DNA from: Actinocrinis sp.
GTDB taxonomy: Bacteria > Actinomycetota > Actinomycetes > Streptomycetales > Catenulisporaceae
Assembly: GCA_035763685.1 (NCBI GenBank)
Contig: DASUAR010000218.1
Location: 240 to 64,239 of the forward strand
Reading direction: 5' to 3'
DNA: 64,000 nt
The translations under genes were made by a program, and so were the position numbers. This document shows positions 8,580-17,942 of this stretch, piece by piece. The notes under the pieces were generated by a model. The model was given only the letters and a program-made list of their open reading frames with translations, had not been told where the DNA came from and ran no database searches. How positions within the stretch are numbered: the stretch's first letter is position 1; every line of letters starts with the position of its first letter.

Positions 8580-11500
8580 TCAGCCCGGGATGAGATCCGC
8601 GTCCGGGTGGTCGAGTTGCCGGTAGAGTTCCGCGGCGCGGCGCCAGTGCTCCCGCGCCCCGGTTTCGTCATGGTCCGCAGCGCAGATATCGCCGAGGGCG
8701 TGGAGCACCCGCGCCTGTTCAAGCAGCGCAGCCGCGCGTTGCGCGTAAGTGAGCGCAGTCTGGAGAGACTCGACCGCCTCGGCGCGGTTGTTGCGAGCAC
8801 CCTGCAGCTGCCCGGCGACCAAATGCAGACGCGCTTGGCGCAGCGGGTCATTGAGCTGCGCGGCGAGTGCGAAGCCGCGGTCGATGTGCGCCGCCGCTTC
8901 ATCGAGGCGTGCTACGCGAATACGGGCACCGGCCAGGTGCACGAGAGTGTCTACCAGGTTGCGTCCGTCGCCCAGCGCTTGGAAGAGGCGTAAGGCGTCA
9001 TTGAAGGACTCAAGCGCTTCGTCGAGATTGCCCAGTCGATCGTGCACAGCGCCGATGTTGTTGGCCAGGACTGCGAGATTATGCGGGTCCGCGAGGCGTT
9101 GCGCGAGCAACTGAGCCGACCGGAAGCAGCCAAGCGCCTCCTCGAATTGGCCGCTGAGCCGGTGCATTTCGCCGAGGTTGGTCAGCACGTCGCACTCGAG
9201 AGCGTGGTCGCCATCCGCTCGCGCGGTCTGTACCAGGCGCTCGGCCCATTGCAGCGCCTCTTCGGCGTTGCCGAGTTCGAACTTGATGATGCTCAGGTGG
9301 TAGTCGGCGACAACCCGGCCGCGTCGGTCCCCGATCTGTTCGTGGAGTTGTGAGGAGCGGCGGTAGGCGTCGTGGGCGGCGGCCAGCCGCCTGGCGTACC
9401 AGTGAATGCGGCCGATCTCGAGCAGAGCGTCGGCCTGTCCCCGCTTGTCGCCGTGTGCGCTCCAGACGTCCAATGCGGTACTGGCCCAAGACAAGGCCGC
9501 GTCGAGCTGGCCGGTCCGTACCAGAGCCGCGGCCAGGTCGGTGGTGAGCTGCGGGATCACCGCGTCGTCGAGATCTGCCGCGGTTGCGGCTGTAGCGGCG
9601 GTAGCGGCGATTTCTCGCGCCTGTCGCAGCATCTCGGCGGCGGTGCCCCAATTGCCTCGGCGGTCCAGGTGCTGGGCCAGGGCCAGCGGCAGAAGCGCGG
9701 CGTGCTGCCGGTAGCGGTGCTGGTACGCGTACGCGGCGATCGCGATGATGTTGTCGCATTCCCGGTCGAACCAGTGCTGAGCGTCATCGACGTTCTCGAT
9801 GGCCGGTAAGGGCGTCACGGTGGATTTCACCGTCTGGCCGAGCACGCGCCGGTAGGGGCGCAGCGTGTGTTCGGCGCGTACGGCAGCGGCCAGATAGTAA
9901 TCAAGTGCTCTGGCGCATGCCTGCTGCGTGGCGAGCTGATCGCCTTCCAGGTTTATCCGGGCGAGCGCGAATTGCCGGGTCAGGTCGTGCAGGCGGTAGC
10001 GGTGCCGCTCGGTCTCTTCCGAGAGGTGCTGCTCGACCAGCTCGTCGGCGGCGAGACTCGTGGCTGTCAGATCGGCGCTCAGTAGCGCGGCCGCGGCGTG
10101 CACCCCGATTTCCTGGCCGGGATGGGCCGCGAGCCGGCGCAACAACGTACGACTGAGTTCCGGAAGCGCTTGGTAGGACGCGGTGAATGCCGCGTGTATC
10201 GGTCCCGTCAAACTGTCGGTGGCGGTGGCGGTGGGAGCGATGACATCAAGCCGATCGACGAGATCTGCGAGCGTCCATTGCGGGCGGCCGCGCAGGAAAG
10301 CGGCGCTCATGCTGATCGCCAGCGCGAGTCCGGCGCAGCGGCGAACGTAGCGGGCCAGGTCTTCGGTTTGTTCGGCGAATTCCCGGCCCGTGATGCGTTC
10401 GAGCAGCGTCTGCGTGGCTTTGTGAGAGAGCAGCCGAACCGTGTGATGGCGAGCGTCGGTGACCCCGGCGAGCCGATGTCGGGAGGTGAGCAGCACGATG
10501 CTGCCGGACGTGGTCGGCAGCAGCGGAGCGATTTGCTCGGCATTGGCGACGTCGTCGAGCAGGAGTAGCAGCCGTCTGCCGCTCGTGCGGCGACGCCATA
10601 GCGCGGCGAGAGCATCGAGACTGTCGGTGCGACCGAGTTCGGCGGGCGGGACCGCGACGTCCTCAAGAAGTCGAGTCAACGCCTCGCGCGCGCTGAGTGG
10701 AGGCTGATGCAGGTCGTGCGCACGCAGGTTCAGCTGTAGCGCCCCATCCGAGCAGTGCGCACGCAGGCGCCGCGCGGCCCGCACCGCCAATGCGGTTTTG
10801 CCGACACCGGGCATGCCGTCGAGGGCGCATATCGCGACGCTTGGCATGGTTCGCAGGTCGCGTTCGATCGCGGCGAGCAGGTCGGATAATTCCTCATCGC
10901 GCCCGACGAGGTGCGGCGGATCGCGGTCGATCGTGTCGGGCGCGGGAACGGCGGGTGTCGGCTGAAGCGAGGTGCCCAGGGCCAATCCGGGCTCACCACG
11001 CAGGATGCGCTGGTGGAGCGCCTGTAATTCGACGCGCGGATCCACCCCCAATTCGTCGCGCAGCCGGTCGCGCGTGCTGCGGTAGGTGGCCAGCGCCTCG
11101 TCTTGCCGGCCGACGTCGCTGAGGGCGCGCATGAGCAATCCGACGGCGGTTTGATCGATCCGTTGTTCCCCCGACAACCTGATCAGTTCACTGATCAGGT
11201 CATCGCGGTGCCCGCCGAGGCGAAGGTCCAGTTCGATCCGCGTCAACGTGGCGCTACGCCGGCGCTCGGCCAGCGCCTGCCGGGTGGCCTCGACCCAGCC
11301 ACCGCCCAGCCCGCCCAGCGCGTCGCCCCGCCAGAGTTTCTCCGCTTCGCGCAGGAGCGTGCGCGCCGACTCGGGATCGGGCTTACTCGCCGCCGCCCGA
11401 GCGCGAACAATGAGACGTTCGAAGCGACGAAAGTCGACTTGTTCGGTCCCCACGTCGAGCCGGTATCCACCCGGGCCGCTATTGCCGATAAGGCCGACGT

Positions 11501-11735
11501 CATCACCGGCCGCTTTCAGGCGGCCGCGCAGCCGTGACAGGTAAACCTGTAAAGTTTCGCGAGCCTTCTGCGGCGGCCGATCATCCCACACGCGATCGGC
11601 GAGCGTGTGAGCTGACACGGCCCGCCCGGCTTCGAGCAGCAGGACGGCCAGGACCTGCTGCTCCTTGAGCGTTCCAGCAGAATACTGCCGATCTTCATTC
11701 CACAATTCGATCGGCCCGAGCACGCGGAAATACAC
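8580..11735 (-). CDS. AfsR/SARP-family regulator (wHTH-BTAD-NB-ARC-TPR)
   Basis: FRVLGPIEL, LQVYLSRLR, LWRGDAL, LRDELGVDP; Walker A GMPGVGKT; LLLLDD; YRLHDL; TPRs. Confidence 0.94.
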   Translation of the reverse strand: MYFRVLGPIELWNEDRQYSAGTLKEQQVLAVLLLEAGRAVSAHTLADRVWDDRPPQKARETLQVYLSRLRGRLKAAGDDVGLIGNSGPGGYRLDVGTEQVDFRRFERLIVRARAAASKPDPESARTLLREAEKLWRGDALGGLGGGWVEATRQALAERRRSATLTRIELDLRLGGHRDDLISELIRLSGEQRIDQTAVGLLMRALSDVGRQDEALATYRSTRDRLRDELGVDPRVELQALHQRILRGEPGLALGTSLQPTPAVPAPDTIDRDPPHLVGRDEELSDLLAAIERDLRTMPSVAICALDGMPGVGKTALAVRAARRLRAHCSDGALQLNLRAHDLHQPPLSAREALTRLLEDVAVPPAELGRTDSLDALAALWRRRTSGRRLLLLLDDVANAEQIAPLLPTTSGSIVLLTSRHRLAGVTDARHHTVRLLSHKATQTLLERITGREFAEQTEDLARYVRRCAGLALAISMSAAFLRGRPQWTLADLVDRLDVIAPTATATDSLTGPIHAAFTASYQALPELSRTLLRRLAAHPGQEIGVHAAAALLSADLTATSLAADELVEQHLSEETERHRYRLHDLTRQFALARINLEGDQLATQQACARALDYYLAAAVRAEHTLRPYRRVLGQTVKSTVTPLPAIENVDDAQHWFDRECDNIIAIAAYAYQHRYRQHAALLPLALAQHLDRRGNWGTAAEMLRQAREIAATAATAATAADLDDAVIPQLTTDLAAALVRTGQLDAALSWASTALDVWSAHGDKRGQADALLEIGRIHWYARRLAAAHDAYRRSSQLHEQIGDRRGRVVADYHLSIIKFELGNAEEALQWAERLVQTARADGDHALECDVLTNLGEMHRLSGQFEEALGCFRSAQLLAQRLADPHNLAVLANNIGAVHDRLGNLDEALESFNDALRLFQALGDGRNLVDTLVHLAGARIRVARLDEAAAHIDRGFALAAQLNDPLRQARLHLVAGQLQGARNNRAEAVESLQTALTYAQRAAALLEQARVLHALGDICAADHDETGAREHWRRAAELYRQLDHPDADLIPG

Positions 11736-11905
11736 TCAAGCCCCCTCGGTGCGTGCACGACACTCCCCCGGTGTCCATGCTCGCACCCGAACCGAATCAG
11801 GGTCCAGAGTCGGCGGGAGCCCGAAACGAATTTCACGCTCCCCAGTACGCGCCCGCGCCGCCGCATTTGCCGCGGAATTCGCATCGGCAACTTCAAGTGC
11901 ATTTG

Positions 11906-12412
11906 CTATTCGCGCGGAGCGGGGCTCAGTATCACAGCGCGCCGCACCGCGTTTGCCCAGGCCAGCAAGCCAATAGGCCGGGGATGTCCTTGCCCTGACT
12001 CCCACCGGGAGATCGACCAACGATTCACACCAAGCTCAGCAGCCACATCTCCCTGCGAGCGGGCTTGAGCCAGCCGCGCCGCATGCAACGCGAGGGCCAG
12101 CTCCCGCATTTCGTATTCATCCCATGAGTCATGCATTTCAGGCCCAGATGTCTGATACCGCAGCGGTTCCCGGCCCCGCTCGGTGACGCGCAGAACGAGG
12201 TTCAGGGCATGGGCCCATCGGATCAGGTGAAACATCGTGGGGCTGTCCCGTCCCACCTCCCAATCGACGATCGAGCCCGGCGTGACGCCGAGGCGCTCGG
12301 CCAGCAGCCGCTGCGGTAAATTGTCGTGATTCGAACGCGCGATCTTGAGTTCGTGCACGAGTGCGTTCAATTCCGCACGAGTCCGTGCATCGACTCGAAG
12401 AGCCATTGCCAC
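11906..12412 (-). CDS. Tandem XRE-type helix-turn-helix protein
   Basis: Two HTH_3-like units: QRLLAERLGVTPGSIVDWE and QGDVAAELGVNRWSISRWESG. Confidence 0.82.
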   Translation of the reverse strand: MAMALRVDARTRAELNALVHELKIARSNHDNLPQRLLAERLGVTPGSIVDWEVGRDSPTMFHLIRWAHALNLVLRVTERGREPLRYQTSGPEMHDSWDEYEMRELALALHAARLAQARSQGDVAAELGVNRWSISRWESGQGHPRPIGLLAWANAVRRAVILSPAPRE

Positions 12413-12508
12413 ACCTCGTAAAGTCGGGCCATCCCGTCGCGCCCATGCCCATTGGGCAAGTCGCTCAATCCTCTGATGCTGTCGGTGGATCGGCCGGTCG
12501 TTATCTGC

Positions 12509-13861
12509 TCACTGTCCATCCAGCCTTTCCGCGACGCGGCGGGCCACCACCGAGGCCCGGTAGGGGGTGAGGAGCGGGTGCAGCCTGCGCAGCTTGCGCC
12601 GGGCGAGCGTCACCTCCAGCGCCTCGGCCAGGTCCGCGGCCTCGAAGGCGGTCTGCGCCACCAGATCGAGCTGGCCGACCCGCGCCGCCGCGCAGGCCAC
12701 CTCGGCCAGCACGATCGAGCGGGACTTGACCTGCTCGTGGCCGAGGCTGCGCATCGCCCACTCGGCGGCGTCCATGGCGGCCCGCGCGTCGCCGAGCCTG
12801 CCGTGCACGTTCGCCGTCATCGCCGCCAGCAACTTGACGTCGAAGCCGCGGGTCCACGGCAACGTGTCGTCGTCGGGGACCGGCTGTGGCAGATCAGAGC
12901 CCAGCTTCAGTGCGGTTTCGAGCTCTGATAATGCGGCGGCCCGTTCGCCCAGTTGCGCGGCCTCCTCCGCCGCGCGCGCCGACATCCACGCGCGGGCGCG
13001 GCGGTCCGGGCCGGCGTGCGACATCGCGGTGTGCGCCAACTGCCAGGCGGTCGCCGGATCGCCGCGTTCGGCCGAGGAGTACGACAGGTACGTCAGAACG
13101 CAGGCGAGCAGCGGGTTGTCCGCGGCATAACGCGAAGCAGCCAGCGCGCTGTCCCAGTACCGCAGCGAACCGGTGGCGTCGCCGCGGTCGAACGCCAGCC
13201 AGCCGGCCAGGGCCGCCGATCGCCCGCCCGCCGCGGCCAGCCGCTTGCGCAGCGGCTCGCGCCGGGTTCCGGCCAGCAGCGCGGAGATGTCGTCGAGATG
13301 CCGGGCGACCGCGCCGATCAGGGTTCGCGCACAGCGGTGATGTTCGAGGGCGAATAGTCGCGACGTGTTCGTCTCGACGATGGCTATCGCCTCGAAATCG
13401 GCCTGCCCCGGCCGTTCCAGCGCGAAGCGCAGGCGGTCGCCCGGCTCTGCGGCCGGGCCGGCCGGCGGCAGCTCCTCGGGCGCCCGCCGGGGCAGCGGGC
13501 CGACGAGCGTGCCGGCCAGCCGCCCGGTCAGCAGCGGGGCGTCCGGAAGCGGGGGCGGGGAGCCGGAGAAGCCGAGTTGCTCGTACGGCGTGCGGGTCAC
13601 GGCCTGCAAGGCCCGCTTGTAGTTCGGGCGGCACTCAGTGTGTTCGCCCGACTCCCACTTCTGCACCAATCGTTTGTTGCAAGTATTCGGCTCGCCGAGC
13701 ACCCCTCCCGCGTGGCGGACGGCGGAGGCGAACTCGCTCTGGCTCATCCGCATCGCGAGGCGGATCGCTTTGAGCGTATGGTTTGGCACGCGCTGTGCGG
13801 CTGGTACGGTCACGAGGGTGACAGTAGGGCCCTGAGTGACACCGTGTGGTACGAGAGTCAC
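12509..13861 (-). CDS. XRE-HTH plus TPR-like regulator (NsdA-like architecture)
   Basis: MSQSEFA...RLVQKWESG HTH; LAGWLAFD helical C-terminal region. Confidence 0.82.
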   Translation of the reverse strand: MTLVPHGVTQGPTVTLVTVPAAQRVPNHTLKAIRLAMRMSQSEFASAVRHAGGVLGEPNTCNKRLVQKWESGEHTECRPNYKRALQAVTRTPYEQLGFSGSPPPLPDAPLLTGRLAGTLVGPLPRRAPEELPPAGPAAEPGDRLRFALERPGQADFEAIAIVETNTSRLFALEHHRCARTLIGAVARHLDDISALLAGTRREPLRKRLAAAGGRSAALAGWLAFDRGDATGSLRYWDSALAASRYAADNPLLACVLTYLSYSSAERGDPATAWQLAHTAMSHAGPDRRARAWMSARAAEEAAQLGERAAALSELETALKLGSDLPQPVPDDDTLPWTRGFDVKLLAAMTANVHGRLGDARAAMDAAEWAMRSLGHEQVKSRSIVLAEVACAAARVGQLDLVAQTAFEAADLAEALEVTLARRKLRRLHPLLTPYRASVVARRVAERLDGQ

Positions 13862-13954
13862 TCTTTGGTGTTGAAGCTACGCCCCAGCTGTCCCCTTGAT
13901 ACGCCGTAACTACGCTGGGGACGGGGTTATCTCAACCCGCTGGCACCCGGCTGC

Positions 13955-15436
13955 TCACCGCAGCGAGCGCATCCACTCCTCGATCTCGTCGGCGTGGCGC
14001 GGCAGTGCGGCGGAGAGGTTTTCGTTGCCGTCGGCGGTGACGAGGATGTCGTCCTCGATCCGCACGCCGATGCCGCGATACTCCTCGGGCACGGTCTCGT
14101 CGTCGCGCTGGAAGTAGAGCCCTGGTTCGACGGTCTGCACCATGCCGGGCCGCAGCGTGCCGTCGACGTACTCCTCGCAGCGCGCGTCGGCGCAGTCGTG
14201 CACATCGAGGCCGAGCATGTGCCCGGTGCCGTGCAGTGAGTAGCGGCGCTGAAGACCGAGTTCGAGCACCCGCTCAAGCGGTCCTTCCAGCAGGCCCCAT
14301 TCGATCAGCCGCTCGGCCAGCACCCGCTGCGCCGCCTCGTGGAAGTCCCGGTAGTTCGCGCCCGGCTTCACGGCGGCGATACCGGCCTCTTGCGCGTCGT
14401 AGACGGCGTCGTAGATCCGCCGCTGGATCTCGCTGAACTCACCGGAGATCGGCAGCGTGCGCGTGACGTCCGCGCTGTAGAGCGCCTCGGTCTCGGCGCC
14501 GGCGTCCAGCAGCAGCAGCTCGCCGGGACGCACCGCGCCGTTGTTCCGGGTCCAGTGCAGCACCGTCGCGTTCGGCCCGGCGGCGCAGATCGAGTTGTAG
14601 CCGACGTCGTTGCCCTCGACCCGGGCCCGGCGCCAGAACGTGCCCTCGATCCAACGCTCAGACGTCGCGACCGCCGCCGCCAGTTCGCGTACGACGTCGG
14701 TGAAGCCGAGCGTGGTGATCTCACAGGCCCGGCGCAGCTGCTCGACCTCCCAGTCGTCCTTGACCAGGCGCAGGCCGTGCATGAAGACCTTCAGCTCCTC
14801 GTCGAGCCGTTCCGCCGCGTCGGCCTCCTGACGGGATGTCACGCCCGCCTGCGCGAGCGCCGCGTCGAGCAGTGCGTCATGCCCGCTCATGATCCGGGTG
14901 ACCACGTCCGGCCGCGCCGCCACCGCCTCGGCGATGCGCTGCGCCGCCTCGCGGCTGTCCCGGATCTCCAGGCCCAGCTCGGCGGCGGCCTCGGTCAGCG
15001 AGCGACGGCGGCCGACCCACAGCTCGCCCTGGCCGTCCAGCCAGAACTCGCCGTTCTCCCGGTTCGAGCGCGGCAACAGATACAGGACCGCCTCATGCCC
15101 GCCGTCCGGCAAGGGCTCCAGGATGAGGACGCTGTTCTCGGTCTGATCAGCCGTCAGGTAGGCGTAGTCGCTGGCGGCGCGGAAGGTGTAGTCGAGGTCG
15201 TTGGACCGGGTCTTGAGCCGTCCGGCCGGGACGATGATCCGCTCGCCGGGGAAGGCGGCGGACACCGCCTTGCGCCGCTTGGCCGCGTAGCCGGACTGCT
15301 CCGACGGTTCCAGGTCGCGCCGCTCGGTGTCGCTCCAGCCGCGGCGCATCCCGTCCTCAAGCTCTTCGGAGATACCTCGGTAGAGCCCGTTCTTGCGACC
15401 CTTGACCGGCTTGTCGGGCTTGCGTTCCTCGCTCAC
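13955..15436 (-). CDS. pepP: Xaa-Pro aminopeptidase P (M24B)
   Basis: GGAGG plus GTG 15436; LLDAG, DVTRT, HGTGHMLGLDVHD, TVEPGLY, GVRIEDD. Confidence 0.93.
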   Translation of the reverse strand: MSEERKPDKPVKGRKNGLYRGISEELEDGMRRGWSDTERRDLEPSEQSGYAAKRRKAVSAAFPGERIIVPAGRLKTRSNDLDYTFRAASDYAYLTADQTENSVLILEPLPDGGHEAVLYLLPRSNRENGEFWLDGQGELWVGRRRSLTEAAAELGLEIRDSREAAQRIAEAVAARPDVVTRIMSGHDALLDAALAQAGVTSRQEADAAERLDEELKVFMHGLRLVKDDWEVEQLRRACEITTLGFTDVVRELAAAVATSERWIEGTFWRRARVEGNDVGYNSICAAGPNATVLHWTRNNGAVRPGELLLLDAGAETEALYSADVTRTLPISGEFSEIQRRIYDAVYDAQEAGIAAVKPGANYRDFHEAAQRVLAERLIEWGLLEGPLERVLELGLQRRYSLHGTGHMLGLDVHDCADARCEEYVDGTLRPGMVQTVEPGLYFQRDDETVPEEYRGIGVRIEDDILVTADGNENLSAALPRHADEIEEWMRSLR

Positions 15437-15548
15437 TGCCGAGCGCCTCCTAGACCGAGGATGGGTACGTGTACGGACCGGCAGCGTCGTGCGGTCCTTA
15501 TCGCAGCCTAGCGGCAAGTGCCGCGCCGTCCACCCCTCCCGGCCACGG

Positions 15549-15770
15549 TCAGGAGCAGCAGCCTCCGCCGCAGCACCCGCCACCCGCAGCCGGTCCGGCC
15601 GCCGCAGCGCCGGAGGGCTTGGCCAGGCCGCCGACCGCGATCATGGAGAAGAGCTTCACCGTGTCGCCGTGTCCCTCCGGGCATTCGATCGGCGCGGAGG
15701 CTTCGCTCATCGGGCGGGTCTTCTCGAAGGTGGCTCCGCACGAGCGGCAGCGGTATTCGTAGCGCGGCAT
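15549..15770 (-). CDS. FmdB-family zinc-ribbon protein
   Basis: MPRYEYRCRSCG...CPEGH, tail GGGCCGGGCCS; TAACCT 6 nt before ATG suggests leaderless mRNA. Confidence 0.88.
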   Translation of the reverse strand: MPRYEYRCRSCGATFEKTRPMSEASAPIECPEGHGDTVKLFSMIAVGGLAKPSGAAAAGPAAGGGCCGGGCCS

Positions 15771-15779
15771 ATCGTCAGG

Positions 15780-16541
15780 TTAGCGCGTCGCCGTGGCGGT
15801 CAGTTGTTGCTGCACGGTCTGGAACGGCACGCGGGAGACCGCGAACGCGCCGTCGAACTCGCTCTGCAGATCGATGACCAGTGCCAGCGCCGCGCCGACC
15901 ACGACGATCGTGACCACGATGCCGAGGACGCTCAGCGGCTCCGCGCGCGGCCCGAGCAGGAACGGGGTCAGCACGGTGGCGGCGCTGAGCAGCACGAGCG
16001 CGACGGTCAGGATGACGGGGTAGCTGCCGGCGAGCGACTTGCCGATGCGGTCGGCGCGCGCCGCGGAGAGGTCGTCGAGCACGGACAGCTCCTGGTCGCG
16101 CAGCGTGGTCTGCTGGTCGAGCGAGAAAGCGGTCGCCAGGTAGCTGCGCAGCCCGGTGATCGCGAACGCCGAGCCGCCGGCCGCCGCGAGGTCGGCGGGC
16201 GGCCATTCGCGGTCGAGCACGGCGGTGGTGTAATCGGTGACCGCGCTGCGCAGCGCGCCGCGGTCGGCCACGGGCAGACGCTGGCCGACCCAGACCAGCT
16301 GGGTGAGGTCCTGGCCTTCGGTGCGCACATCGCCGTTGATGTCGTCGAGGCGCTGCCAGAGCACGATGACGATGAAGGCGAGCAGGACCGTGTACATGGT
16401 GACCATGAACATGGCGACGTAGTCCGCGGCGGCCTCGGCCCGGCCGTGCTCGCCGCCGTGTGCGCGAATCCGCCTGCGCATGAGCACCGCCGCGACGATG
16501 AGGACCGCGACGGCGCAGGCGGTGAGCAGGATCGTGATCAT
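15780..16541 (-). CDS. DUF4239 / bestrophin-like membrane protein
   Basis: Four hydrophobic segments; YTVLLAFIVIVLW, REWP, ARADR, IDLQSEFDG match the family pattern. Confidence 0.75.
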   Translation of the reverse strand: MITILLTACAVAVLIVAAVLMRRRIRAHGGEHGRAEAAADYVAMFMVTMYTVLLAFIVIVLWQRLDDINGDVRTEGQDLTQLVWVGQRLPVADRGALRSAVTDYTTAVLDREWPPADLAAAGGSAFAITGLRSYLATAFSLDQQTTLRDQELSVLDDLSAARADRIGKSLAGSYPVILTVALVLLSAATVLTPFLLGPRAEPLSVLGIVVTIVVVGAALALVIDLQSEFDGAFAVSRVPFQTVQQQLTATATR

Positions 16542-16551
16542 CCGCGGCGTC

Positions 16552-17100
16552 TCACAGCGCGCCGAACAGGCGGTTGCCCGCCTCGGCCGGGTCGGCGGAG
16601 CGGTAGAACTGCTCGGCGGCCGCGAGCATCCCGGCCCTGTCGATCGCGCCGTCCTCGTCCGCGTCGAGCAGGTCGAAGGCGGCGATGGTGTCGCGCGGGC
16701 CGACGCCGTAGGCGTGTAGCCAAGAGGTGAAGTCAGGCAGCGATATCAACCCATCGGCGTCCGTATCGACGAGGTCGAACAGAACATCCACCAGCCCGGC
16801 GAGGTTGCGCTCGAAGCCGTCGCGCCGCTCGATGATCGACCGCTGGCAGGATTCGAGGAACTGCGGCAGGCTGACCACGCCGGAGCCGTCTCGGTCCATC
16901 CGCGTGCGCAGCCGCTCCCACAGGGTGAGGTACGCACCGTGCACCCGCTCGTAACCCGCGCTTCCGGGCGAGTACCCGAACGCCGCGCACAGCCGCAGGC
17001 AAACCAGCTCGTAATCGTCCTGAGTCAGCCTGCCGTCCCCGTCGGTGTCGAGGAGCGCGAAACGCAGCTGGAGCTTCTTGCGCTGAAGATCGGTCAGCAT
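16552..17100 (-). CDS. Four EF-hand calcium-binding protein (calerythrin-like)
   Basis: DTDGDG, DRDGSG, DTDADG, DADEDG loops; QFYRSADP...GNRLFG tail. Confidence 0.88.
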   Translation of the reverse strand: MLTDLQRKKLQLRFALLDTDGDGRLTQDDYELVCLRLCAAFGYSPGSAGYERVHGAYLTLWERLRTRMDRDGSGVVSLPQFLESCQRSIIERRDGFERNLAGLVDVLFDLVDTDADGLISLPDFTSWLHAYGVGPRDTIAAFDLLDADEDGAIDRAGMLAAAEQFYRSADPAEAGNRLFGAL

Positions 17101-17171
17101 GACTCCATCGAACGACGCCGACCGGCGGGCCGCACGTCAGAGCGGGCGAGCGGGCGATCCGCCGCGACTTA

Positions 17172-17330
17172 GGGCGCGCCGAGAAATTAATGGCGTGTCC
17201 ACACGCTGGTCATCACGCCTGAGCGCACCGGGTTCGAGGCCGAGTACGCCCGGTACCGAAGCCTCAACCCCGGCACACTCAGGCGCGCGCCCAACGCGCG
17301 GCCACGCCGCATTTATTTCTCGGCGCGCCC
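17172..17330. mobile_element. MITE-like element, 159 bp
   Basis: 16-bp perfect TIR GGGCGCGCCGAGAAAT / ATTTCTCGGCGCGCCC flanked by direct TTA at 17169-17171 and 17331-17333. Confidence 0.62.
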
Positions 17331-17482
17331 TTAGCAACGCGTTTCGGTAACGGACTTTCCGGCCTGCGTCACGGATCGCGCGTCGCGGTTCCGCGCGTGC
17401 GGCATTGCCGCTAACCTGACTCGACTTTTCCGCCCGGCGCGGCAGGCGTACGGACGGCGGCTACTGAGGGGAAGCTGAAACG

Positions 17483-17935
17483 ATGAGCACGCTGCACGTT
17501 CACGTGGTCCACCCGCACATCGAGCACCGCAAGGCGCATGGCCCGATCAAGGTCGCCGACCAGCACCCGACCGGCACCGCGGTAACCCGGTTCAACACCC
17601 GGCTGGCGCTGTTCATCACCACCGTCGTCGGCAGCATGTGGTGCGCCTACGCGTTCGCGCTGTTCGACCTGATCAGCCTCCCGGCGGCGATCCACGCCGG
17701 CACGGCCGCGGTCATCTCCTGGATCGCGCAGACCTTCCTGCAGCTGGTGCTGCTCTCGGTCATCATGGTGGGCCAGAACGTGCAGGCGGAAGCCGCGGAC
17801 AAGCGGTCGGAGGCGACGTTCAAGGACGCTGAGGCGCTGCTGCACGGGCAGGAGCAGATCGCCGCGCACCTGGCCGCTCAGGACTCGGTGCTGCGGCAGG
17901 TGGCCGCGAAGTTCGACATCCAGATCGAGTGCTGA
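17483..17935 (+). CDS. Small membrane protein, DUF1003-like
   Basis: GAGGGG RBS; VGSM...two TM segments...VIMVGQN followed by a coiled coil; His-rich N-terminus. Confidence 0.72.
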   Translation: MSTLHVHVVHPHIEHRKAHGPIKVADQHPTGTAVTRFNTRLALFITTVVGSMWCAYAFALFDLISLPAAIHAGTAAVISWIAQTFLQLVLLSVIMVGQNVQAEAADKRSEATFKDAEALLHGQEQIAAHLAAQDSVLRQVAAKFDIQIEC

Positions 17936-17942
17936 TCTCGGT

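Noticed and set aside
4100-12500. Island as a prophage or integrative element
   Set aside because: No integrase, tRNA or flanking att repeats seen
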